Shown here: positions 8,552 to 16,617 of the stretch, piece by piece | How the letters are laid out: every line of letters begins with the position of its first letter | Numbering within the stretch: the stretch's first letter is position 1 | DNA from: Candidatus Baldrarchaeum yapensis | GTDB lineage: Archaea > Asgardarchaeota > Baldrarchaeia > Baldrarchaeales > Baldrarchaeaceae | DNA: 19,218 bases | NCBI GenBank assembly: GCA_016840465.1 | Contig: JAEOSH010000046.1 | Location: 1 to 19,218 of the forward strand | Reading direction: 5' to 3' | The notes under the pieces: model-generated | The model's database searches: none | What the model was told of the DNA's origin: nothing | What the model saw: the letters and a program-made list of their open reading frames with translations, nothing else | Program-made: the position numbers and the translations under genes

Positions 8552-9764
8552 AGAGCTCTTGTTCTTAAAGAGAATGTTTTCTTCGTATTATCGTCGGGTG
8601 AAAATACCGCCACCTCCGGATTTTAAATACCGGGAATTTGGTTTCATGCTATGGGACAAAGATGTAATGGTACGTCATAAATCCTTTAGTGATGCTGAGC
8701 AGTTGCAGAACTTCTTAGCTGAGTATGGACCAAAGCACGCATACAGATCAGTAGCATATTATTACGACCCTGAAGCATCGACGATGGAAAGTAAGGGATG
8801 GATAGGTGCGGATTTGGTGTTTGACGTTGATGCAGATCATCTAAATACTCCATGCAAAATGGAGCATGACTTTTGGGTCTGCGAGCACTGTGGTGCACAT
8901 GGTAGGGGAGGAAAGCCGGAACAATGCCACAAGTGTGGGTCTTCGAATATTAAAGAATTTACATGGATTTGTGAACGGTGCCTAGACCTGGCCAAAGAGG
9001 AGATAATAAAGTTAAAAGATTTTTTGATCGACGATTTTGGGATATCACCGTACGAATTAAAAATAGTGTATTCTGGCCATAGGGGATACCATCTTCATGT
9101 GTACAGTGAGGTTGTTAGGGATCTAACGAGAGATGAGCGAAGGGAAATGCTTGATTATATCAAGGGGATAGGTCTTTCTGTGAGTAGCTTTTACAGAAAA
9201 TCCTCGGGAGTTATAATCTTCGAAAGAGAGGGTTGGGGAGGACGGATATTAAAATCCTTAGAGAACCTCCTTAGAGACGAGGATGGCCTCACTGCGCTGA
9301 AAGATATGAGCGAAATGGATAGAAGCACTTTGGAAAAGTTACGATCATATAAAAGTGTAATTTTGAGAGGATTAAGGGAGGAATCGCCGAAGATAATCCT
9401 ACCCAAAGGTGTTGGAGAGAAAACTCTTATAAAACTGTTAGCGAAGGCCTTGAAGATGTTTGAGGTAGAAGTTGACGAGCCAGTGACAATAGACGTACAC
9501 AGAATAATACGGTTAGAAAATAGTCTTCATGGAAAGACGGGTTTCCGGGTAACAGAAATCCCTCTAAATTATTTGGATAAGTTTGATGCTTTCAAAGATG
9601 CCATTGTGTTTCGTGGAGAAGTTAGTATAAAGTTTCTATTTGATTGCCCCCCGTTGCGCATTGGAGAGGAGGTTTTTGGCCCGTTCAAAAGAGGGCAGAA
9701 GGTTGAGGTTCCGATGGCGTTAGCAATATTCGTTCTTGCAAGGGGGGTTGCCATTTTATTATGA
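8517..9764 (+). CDS. priS: DNA primase small (catalytic) subunit
   Basis: YREFGF, HAYRSVAYY, catalytic GADLVFDVDADHL, VYSGHRGYHLHV and VTIDVHRIIRLENSLHGKTG motifs. Confidence 0.97.
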   Translation: MSSDAGKQRTSRELLFLKRMFSSYYRRVKIPPPPDFKYREFGFMLWDKDVMVRHKSFSDAEQLQNFLAEYGPKHAYRSVAYYYDPEASTMESKGWIGADLVFDVDADHLNTPCKMEHDFWVCEHCGAHGRGGKPEQCHKCGSSNIKEFTWICERCLDLAKEEIIKLKDFLIDDFGISPYELKIVYSGHRGYHLHVYSEVVRDLTRDERREMLDYIKGIGLSVSSFYRKSSGVIIFEREGWGGRILKSLENLLRDEDGLTALKDMSEMDRSTLEKLRSYKSVILRGLREESPKIILPKGVGEKTLIKLLAKALKMFEVEVDEPVTIDVHRIIRLENSLHGKTGFRVTEIPLNYLDKFDAFKDAIVFRGEVSIKFLFDCPPLRIGEEVFGPFKRGQKVEVPMALAIFVLARGVAILL

Positions 9765-10351
9765 CAGAAATTAGACTGCGCGTTTATAGCAAGTTATTAT
9801 CATTTTGGAGGGAAGAATCCTCGGGAAGGTCTATTAGCGAACTTCCTAATGAGATATTCGATGAAGTATCGGGTTTGGCGAGGAAAATTTTATCATTAAT
9901 GCGGTTGCACGAAGATAAAAGCGTTGTATATAAAATAGCGAGCACGATGCTGGAAAATATAAAATTTATGATTTCAGAGATGTTAACGCTAAGAATGTTT
10001 AAAGTAATAACAAGTTTGCTCGAAAAAAGAAATTCGATCGGAGATCTAAAAAAATCCTTTGCACATGTTGAGCGTCATCTGGAACACATAGCAAAAGGTG
10101 TCGAAATGTTTCATTCATTGCTGGATAACATCTTGAAATTTGAATCGAGTACCACGGAGGTTATGCATGCACCTATTAGAAAAATACGAGAGGGCTATGC
10201 TTTGATTAGAATACTGAGGAAATTGCCAAAAATTGTCGGCGTAGATATGACGATTTATGGTCCTTTTAATGAGGAAGATATTGTGATATTGCCGCAACAA
10301 AATGCAGAGGTTTTGGTAAAAAGAGGAATTGCCGAGTTCATATTTTCTTAG
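9761..10351 (+). CDS. GINS complex subunit, Gins51/Gins15 type (A-B domain order)
   Basis: Helical A domain followed by a C-terminal B domain LPKIVGVDMTIYGPFNEEDIVILPQQNAEVLVKRGIAE. ATGA overlap with priS, the canonical PCNA-priS-gins15 position. Confidence 0.85.
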   Translation: MTEIRLRVYSKLLSFWREESSGRSISELPNEIFDEVSGLARKILSLMRLHEDKSVVYKIASTMLENIKFMISEMLTLRMFKVITSLLEKRNSIGDLKKSFAHVERHLEHIAKGVEMFHSLLDNILKFESSTTEVMHAPIRKIREGYALIRILRKLPKIVGVDMTIYGPFNEEDIVILPQQNAEVLVKRGIAEFIFS

Positions 10352-11184
10352 CTAAGATCCCTTACCGCCTTTATAATATCGGTTTTTGTGATTATTCCAA
10401 CCAATTTCCCGTTTTTGTCAATAACTGGTAATCCACTTATTCCATTGTTAACCATTAGGTGTGCGGCATCTGCCAGATCCGCATCCTCAGATATTGTAAT
10501 GGGGTTATGTGACATAAGATTCCTTGCTATTAACAGTCCCACTTGCAACGGACGTATAACTTTACCCTTAACCTTTATTACTCTTCTCGAAAGTAACCAA
10601 TCCGCCAGTTTAAATGCCGAACTTGCAGAGACGAGGTCAGCCATGGTTATTATACCAATCGGCTTCCCGTTTTCTACGACCACAACTCTGCTTATCTTGT
10701 TTTTATTCAGAATTTCTGCGACTTTGAATATGTGAGATGTTGGACGAACAGTAATCACCTCACGCGTCATATAATCAGAGACCCTGCACAATCCTCTGCA
10801 ATGGCACGCAAAATAACGGCACAAGTCGGTTTTTGTAATTATACCCTCGAGAGTTCCACCCTCTCCAATCACTACAACCGAACTTATTCCCTTTTCGATC
10901 ATAATCTTTGCAACAGACTTCACGTCGGTTTCCGAAGATACGGTTATTAAATTCTTTGTCATAACTTCCTCCGCATATATTTCATCGAGTCCTCTCCCGG
11001 ATATATCCTCACTTAGAAATTTCACTATATCCTTCTCTGTTATAATACCGACGGGTCTTCCGCGGTCGTCCGTTATCACGATACGACTGATATTATACTT
11101 TACTAGGAGTGATATGACATGTTCTAGTGGGGTATTCGTTCTCGCTGTTATTACACTTTTTGTCATGAACTCTCGCACCTTCAC
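10348..11184 (-). CDS. CBS-domain protein with four CBS repeats (two Bateman modules)
   Basis: Four repeats ending GIITEKDI, GIITKTDL, GIITMADL and GIITKTDI. GTG at 11184 has a GAGGGG SD (ORF track starts at 11217). Overlaps the gins stop by 4 nt, convergently. Confidence 0.92.
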   Translation of the reverse strand: MKVREFMTKSVITARTNTPLEHVISLLVKYNISRIVITDDRGRPVGIITEKDIVKFLSEDISGRGLDEIYAEEVMTKNLITVSSETDVKSVAKIMIEKGISSVVVIGEGGTLEGIITKTDLCRYFACHCRGLCRVSDYMTREVITVRPTSHIFKVAEILNKNKISRVVVVENGKPIGIITMADLVSASSAFKLADWLLSRRVIKVKGKVIRPLQVGLLIARNLMSHNPITISEDADLADAAHLMVNNGISGLPVIDKNGKLVGIITKTDIIKAVRDLS

Positions 11185-11243
11185 GTGTGCTCCCCTCAGG
11201 CATATTGCGGTTGGCACAAGTCAGAAGTATGACTTGCGCACTG

Positions 11244-11258
11244 AATATAAACCTTTTA
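11244..11258 (-). promoter_or_regulatory. Putative BRE-TATA promoter of the CBS gene
   Basis: Minus strand reads AAAAGG TTTATATT, a purine-rich BRE-like tract directly followed by a TATA box. Confidence 0.55.
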
Positions 11259-11381
11259 TGAGAGTGCTGTAATGGAACAGCTACGGAACAATTAAACACT
11301 TGACAAGACACTCATTTAAAGGGCAACTTGTGATAACTAAAGAGTCAAGTGAAAATTTTAAACCGTATGGAGGCCCCCCTT

Positions 11382-11397
11382 GGAATAAGTTTAAAAG
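11382..11397 (+). promoter_or_regulatory. Putative BRE-TATA promoter of ppsA
   Basis: GGAATAAG followed by TTTAAAAG about 40 nt upstream of the ATG. GGTGAG SD at 11426-11431. Confidence 0.45.
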
Positions 11398-11436
11398 ATT
11401 TTAGGCGCTTTCATAAATTTCACATGGTGAGCGTTT

Positions 11437-13878
11437 ATGGTGAAAGAGAAGACAGGTTACATTATCTGGTTTGAGAACTTATCGAAGGAAGATACGCCAA
11501 TAGTTGGTGGAAAGTGCGCCAACCTCGGCGAACTCATGGCAAAGGCAAAGGTTCCGGTTCCACCTGGTTTTGCAATAACCGCGTACGCCTATGAATATTT
11601 CTTGGAAAAAACAGGGATTAAGGAGAAAATTTTCGAGATATTGCGGAACACAAACACTTCAAATCTCCGAGAATTAGAGGAGGCATCGAAAAAGATACGA
11701 GAGTTAATAGAGAGCGCGCCAATGCCGGAAGATCTAAAGGAACAAATAATAAATGCATATAAAGAACTTTGCAGACGCACGAATACCGATAATGTCTTAG
11801 TTGCAGTGAGGTCTTCAGCAACGGCTGAAGATCTGCCGGGGGCATCATTTGCAGGGGAGCAGGAGACCTATCTTAACGTCAGCGGAGAGAAGGAGCTTAT
11901 AGAGAAGGTCAAAAAATGCTGGTCATCACTTTTCACCCCTAGGGCTATAACATATCGCGAATCTAAAGGCTTTGCGCACGAAAATGTACTGATATCAGTT
12001 GCAGTCCAGCAGATGGTTGATGCGATGGCAGCGGGCGTCATGTTCACGATACACCCCGCGACCGGTGAAAAGGATAAAATAATGATAGAAGCAAACTGGG
12101 GTTTGGGAGAATCTGTAGTATCAGGTATTGTCACACCTGATACGTATATCGTGGACAAACGCACCTTCAAAATACTCGAAAAGAACATCTCAGAAAAGAA
12201 AATAGAAACCGTTCGTGATCCTAAAACCGGGGAGACTGCGCATAGAGAGGTTCCTCCCGAGAGGAGAAATGCTCAGGTACTCACAGACGAGCAAATAGTA
12301 GAACTTGCAAAGTACGGAGTTAAGATTGAGCAGCACTATGGTAGTCCGCAGGATATAGAATGGGCGATTGATAAAAGTGGAAGAATATTCATCCTGCAAG
12401 CACGTCCGGAGACCGTTTGGTCACTTAAAGAGAAGGAGGAAAAAGAAGGGGCGGTGAAGATGGAAGCAGAAACAGAGGCCGAACGTGAAGTTCTGGTTAA
12501 GGGTCTAGCGGCATCGCCGGGCATTGGAATAGGAGAAGCATTGGTGTTCATGTCTGCTAAAGAGGCAGTGGAACATATGAAGGAGGGTGCGGTACTTGTG
12601 ACAAAAATGACATCGCCCGACTGGGTTCCCGCTATGAAGAAAGCAACTGCCATTGTCACAGATGAGGGAGGATATACATGTCACGCGGCCATAGTTTCTA
12701 GAGAATTAGGCATTCCATGCGTTGTAGGGACGGGAAATGCAACTAAGGTGTTAAAAGATGTGGGTGTTGTTACAGTTGATGGGTCCAGAGGAGTTGTGTA
12801 TAAAGGAGCACTCAAAGAAATGGCTGTTAGGGAGAAAGAGAGGGAAGTTGTTGCCCCGGCCATAGGAATGGTACAACCGATAACAGCAACGAAGATTTAT
12901 GTTAATATAGCATTTCCGGAAATAGCAGAAAAGGTTGCAAGAGAGACCCAGGCAGATGGTGTTGGGTTGCTTAGGGCGGAGCATATGATGGTATCTATAG
13001 GCAAGCATCCTCGTAAGCTTATCGAGGAAGGCGGAGAACAACTGATGGTAGACGCATTTGCAGAAGGTATTAGGAAAGTCGCCGAGGCCTTCTACCCCAA
13101 ACCCGTGGTTTACAGGTTCTTAGACTTTAAGCCTGATGAGTTCCTCGAGTTAGAAGGTGGTAAGAAGTATGAATTGGAAGCGGGGCATGTTGGTCCGAAC
13201 CCCATGATAGGGTATAGGGGAGCATACAGGTATATAAGAGAACCTGACATTTTCCGTCTAGAACTGCGCGCTATCAAAAAGGTGCGTGACGAATACGGTC
13301 TTAAGAATGTATGGGTAATGGTGCCATTTGTTAGAACAGTGGAGGAATTGCGAGAGATAAAACGGATAATGAAGGAAGAAGGTTTAGATCCTGATGAAGA
13401 CCCTGATTTCAAGCTTTGGATAATGGTTGAGGTTCCAAGCACGGTATTCCTGATAGACAAGTTCATAGAAGAGGGTATAGATGGAGTATCCTTCGGAACA
13501 AACGATTTGACACAGTTAATATTAGGAATCGACAGAAATGATGCATCTGTTCAGGAAATCTACGATGAGAGAAACTTAGCAGTGCTAAGGGCTCTTGCGT
13601 ACGTGATTAAGGTTTGTAAGAGATACGGAGTCACAACTAGCATATGTGGGCAAGCTCCGAGCCAATATATGGACTATTTGGAATTCCTTGTTAGGATGGG
13701 AGTTACGAGCATATCGGTGAACCCAGACGCGGTACAAGAGGCTAGGAGGCTAGTTGCAATGATAGAGCAACGTATATTGACAGAGAAGGTCACCGGTAAG
13801 TATCGTGTGAAGGTCGGGAAGTATCATTTGGACGAAGTTGAGTTCTGGAAACTCATGGACGACGAGGAAGAAGAGTGA
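11437..13878 (+). CDS. ppsA: Phosphoenolpyruvate synthase (pyruvate, water dikinase)
   Basis: VGGKCANLGEL, VAVRSSATAEDLPGASFAGEQETYLN, PQDIEWA...ILQARPETVW, phospho-His GGYTCHAAIVSRELGIP, GLLRAEH, MVEVPS, SFGTNDLTQ and SICGQAPS. 813 aa, no intein. Confidence 0.98.
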   Translation: MVKEKTGYIIWFENLSKEDTPIVGGKCANLGELMAKAKVPVPPGFAITAYAYEYFLEKTGIKEKIFEILRNTNTSNLRELEEASKKIRELIESAPMPEDLKEQIINAYKELCRRTNTDNVLVAVRSSATAEDLPGASFAGEQETYLNVSGEKELIEKVKKCWSSLFTPRAITYRESKGFAHENVLISVAVQQMVDAMAAGVMFTIHPATGEKDKIMIEANWGLGESVVSGIVTPDTYIVDKRTFKILEKNISEKKIETVRDPKTGETAHREVPPERRNAQVLTDEQIVELAKYGVKIEQHYGSPQDIEWAIDKSGRIFILQARPETVWSLKEKEEKEGAVKMEAETEAEREVLVKGLAASPGIGIGEALVFMSAKEAVEHMKEGAVLVTKMTSPDWVPAMKKATAIVTDEGGYTCHAAIVSRELGIPCVVGTGNATKVLKDVGVVTVDGSRGVVYKGALKEMAVREKEREVVAPAIGMVQPITATKIYVNIAFPEIAEKVARETQADGVGLLRAEHMMVSIGKHPRKLIEEGGEQLMVDAFAEGIRKVAEAFYPKPVVYRFLDFKPDEFLELEGGKKYELEAGHVGPNPMIGYRGAYRYIREPDIFRLELRAIKKVRDEYGLKNVWVMVPFVRTVEELREIKRIMKEEGLDPDEDPDFKLWIMVEVPSTVFLIDKFIEEGIDGVSFGTNDLTQLILGIDRNDASVQEIYDERNLAVLRALAYVIKVCKRYGVTTSICGQAPSQYMDYLEFLVRMGVTSISVNPDAVQEARRLVAMIEQRILTEKVTGKYRVKVGKYHLDEVEFWKLMDDEEEE

Positions 13879-13958
13879 GCAATTCTATCACATCTCTCTT
13901 ACAAATTTTATCACAGTTTTTTATCGGCAGGCGAAACTTCTAGGACTCTTTAAATCTT

Positions 13959-13966
13959 TTTATAGA
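13959..13966 (+). promoter_or_regulatory. Putative TATA box of the ATPase gene (spacing fits a leaderless mRNA)
   Basis: TTTATAGA begins 28 nt before GTG 13987. No clear SD is present. Confidence 0.35.
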
Positions 13967-13986
13967 ACATTTTTTGGGAACTGCAC

Positions 13987-16533
13987 GTGGCGGAACGAAC
14001 TTTTTCGCTGTATAAAATATTAAGAGAACTAATTGATGGAACCTCCGATCATGAAATGATGTTAATAGTAGTCGTTTCCTTTTTATTCCTAACAATTTGT
14101 ATAAAGGCTATTAACCAGTTAATATCGCCATCTGTAAAAAATTTACAATTAAAGAACGACATTGTCCTTGTGTGTGGAAAGTTTAAAAAAATCGCGTTAG
14201 TGTTCTTTGAAGCAGAGCGGTTACCCTTACGACCAAAACTCGGAACTAATGTCATATCAGCAATTAGGGAAAGCTTGAGCAACTCATTATACTTTAGTTG
14301 TGAAATATTTAAGACAAAAAATAGAACGATAAAACTAAGAATAGGAATTTGTGCTTTTATTGGAAAAAACATAGATGAAGGTTTGGAAAATCTACTTATT
14401 GAAGCAAATAAGATTATAATGGCATTTGAAGCATTTTGTGAAGGTATTTCATTTAAACAATTAAAAGGGGAAAGATTACAAAAGTTCTTGAGTGAAATTA
14501 TCGAGGTTAAGGATCTTCTAAATCGAGTTAAACTTCGGAAGGTAAAGGGAGAGAAAAATCTACTGATGTTATCAGGTGATAAAAGCAAGGATATTTGCAT
14601 AGCAATTTTAGGACTAAAGAAGAGTTCAGACATAAAGAACATATTTATTGGTGAAGATCTGAGTGGAAAAATAATAGATATCCTACTGAAGACATCATCG
14701 TCCGTGCATATGGTGCTCGTCGCAACACCGAAGAAATCGAAGAAGCTATTTTTAAAAAGGAGCACGTCATTTCATGGCAATACTTCCGAAAATGTCGATA
14801 AAATATCGGAGAACATTGAAGAAAAATCGAATTTTGAATGGGAATGTCAGTTGTATTTTCTCATAAAGGATGCGGATTTTAAGAGAGTTAGAAGAGATAT
14901 TGAGTTGTTAAAGACATTAATAAGAGGCCTTGCAATCCAAAGTAGTATCGATATTAGGGTTTTATCCGGTAGGCGAATAATCACTTCTATAAGTAGAGTA
15001 ATTTTAAGAATGCCTCTCAAACGTGTTGCAATTCTCGAATTGGAGGATGAAGATCTTGTAAAACTCTTAACTCCTCCAAGTAAACCATTTCCGTCAATAT
15101 CTTTGAGAGAATTTGTAGTGAATTTTGAAATTCCTCCCAAAAGTTCATTAAAAGGTGATATTTGCATAGGAAATGTTTTATATCGAAATGAAAAACTGTA
15201 CCCGATACACATATCATCGGACGATTTGACAATGCACATGGTTGTCTTAGGGCATACAGGTTTTGGGAAAACAAACTTTGTTCAAAACCTTCTACTCGAG
15301 TTAAGCAGAAAAAGACCCGATGTGGGCTGGGTTGTAATAGACTGGAAGGGTGAATATAGAAAATTGCTTGAAATAGACGACAAAGTAATATTACTTAAAC
15401 CGTTAGACTTCTCGCATCAACTGAGGTTGAATTTATTCGATCCCATGGGATCGGATCCTTACGAACACGCACAAAAAATATTTGTAATTTTAAGGGAAGT
15501 TTACTCTGCGCTGTTTGAGGCTCATGACACTCAATTTTCCCTGCAGATGGAGAGAATTCTGAGAGAGGCCCTGCTGAGAACGATAGTTAATCCGAATAAG
15601 AGGACCTATGAGGCCCTTTATACGGAACTCGACACGATCGGGAGAGAATGGGAACGTAAAATACCGTCGGTCTGGGCAAGTATAGAGGCCATAAAAAGCC
15701 GTATGGAAAGATTATTCCGTCCACCGCTTAGGGACATATTTTCTTCCTCAAAATTATCTATAAACTTTAAACAATTACTTGACAAAAAAGTAATAATAGA
15801 TTTAAGTACCTTGCGAGTAAAAGGATCTCGTGAGGACGCGCGACTTTTGATGAACATCTTGGTTAAATACTTCTTTGATGCTGCATTGAAAAGAGGTATT
15901 CAATCAAAACTCAGACATTTAATAATAGTGGAGGAGGCTCAATACCTTGTTCCGCAACTTCTTATGCGAAGAACGACTATTGAGGGAACACTGCTAGAAG
16001 AAATGGTTATGCTCGAAAGAGCAACTGGTCAAGGTCTAATTTTCATCGCAACACGTCCAATAATTAGTGAACAGATACTTGCAAACACCGCATTTAAAGT
16101 AATATTTCGTAGCCAAATCGATAGCGAATTCCTCGCGCGAATCTTAAATTTAGATGATGAACAACGAAAGTATCTGCAAGTAATGCCAAAATACGAAGCC
16201 ATAATTCTCCACCCATCGTATCCGTATCCTTTTAGAATAGCCGTTTCATCTTTTGATGAAAAACTGCGTGTTTTGGCGAATGCGAATAAAACCGCCAAAA
16301 CAAAAAGGAGGTCTTTAATAGCGAGCAAAGAGGTCAGGTCGATGTTCGAAAATAATCTTAAAGACGCATTAACCTGTTACGAGGGATTCATTTTTGTAAC
16401 GAGTAACGGTAAGGCTTTGATGTGCGAAGACGAGAATATAACCCTTAACTTGAAGGAAAAATTGGTGAACATGGCAAAGAAAATAAAAATCGATAAAATT
16501 CTAACTGCAGAATCACTTAAATCCGAGGATTGA
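13987..16533 (+). CDS. Membrane-anchored HerA/FtsK/VirB4-superfamily ATPase (DUF87-type motor; VirB4/CedB-like architecture)
   Basis: Hydrophobic helix at aa 24-42 and a roughly 380-aa alpha/beta N-terminal region. Walker A GHTGFGKT (15250-15273), WVVIDWKGEY, LNLFDP, Walker B HLIIVEEAQ (15916-15942), then LERATGQGLIFIATRP...ILANTAFKVIFR. Confidence 0.85.
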   Translation: MAERTFSLYKILRELIDGTSDHEMMLIVVVSFLFLTICIKAINQLISPSVKNLQLKNDIVLVCGKFKKIALVFFEAERLPLRPKLGTNVISAIRESLSNSLYFSCEIFKTKNRTIKLRIGICAFIGKNIDEGLENLLIEANKIIMAFEAFCEGISFKQLKGERLQKFLSEIIEVKDLLNRVKLRKVKGEKNLLMLSGDKSKDICIAILGLKKSSDIKNIFIGEDLSGKIIDILLKTSSSVHMVLVATPKKSKKLFLKRSTSFHGNTSENVDKISENIEEKSNFEWECQLYFLIKDADFKRVRRDIELLKTLIRGLAIQSSIDIRVLSGRRIITSISRVILRMPLKRVAILELEDEDLVKLLTPPSKPFPSISLREFVVNFEIPPKSSLKGDICIGNVLYRNEKLYPIHISSDDLTMHMVVLGHTGFGKTNFVQNLLLELSRKRPDVGWVVIDWKGEYRKLLEIDDKVILLKPLDFSHQLRLNLFDPMGSDPYEHAQKIFVILREVYSALFEAHDTQFSLQMERILREALLRTIVNPNKRTYEALYTELDTIGREWERKIPSVWASIEAIKSRMERLFRPPLRDIFSSSKLSINFKQLLDKKVIIDLSTLRVKGSREDARLLMNILVKYFFDAALKRGIQSKLRHLIIVEEAQYLVPQLLMRRTTIEGTLLEEMVMLERATGQGLIFIATRPIISEQILANTAFKVIFRSQIDSEFLARILNLDDEQRKYLQVMPKYEAIILHPSYPYPFRIAVSSFDEKLRVLANANKTAKTKRRSLIASKEVRSMFENNLKDALTCYEGFIFVTSNGKALMCEDENITLNLKEKLVNMAKKIKIDKILTAESLKSED

Positions 16534-16617
16534 CACATCATTCTACCGGAATTTAAATCAACTAATCGCTCAGTGAGTGCGAAGTCCTCGTACCATATAA
16601 CAAGTATGGGGATCCTC

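Noticed and set aside
11437-13878. Intein or other insertion in ppsA (also checked for priS and PCNA)
   Set aside because: Lengths are normal, and no C/S...HN-C/S/T splice junctions or LAGLIDADG motifs were seen.
11330-13915. TGM-like half-sites (GTGATA at 11330; TATCAC at 13886 and 13909) around ppsA
   Set aside because: The Thermococcales glycolytic motif needs TATCAC-N5-GTGATA. Only isolated half-sites occur here.
14049-14765. 238-aa antisense ORF (and the other antisense ORFs in the track) as a possible membrane partner of the ATPase
   Set aside because: It lies wholly opposite a well-supported gene. Its Phe/Ile/Ser richness is the expected mirror of Lys/Glu/Asn-rich sense codons.
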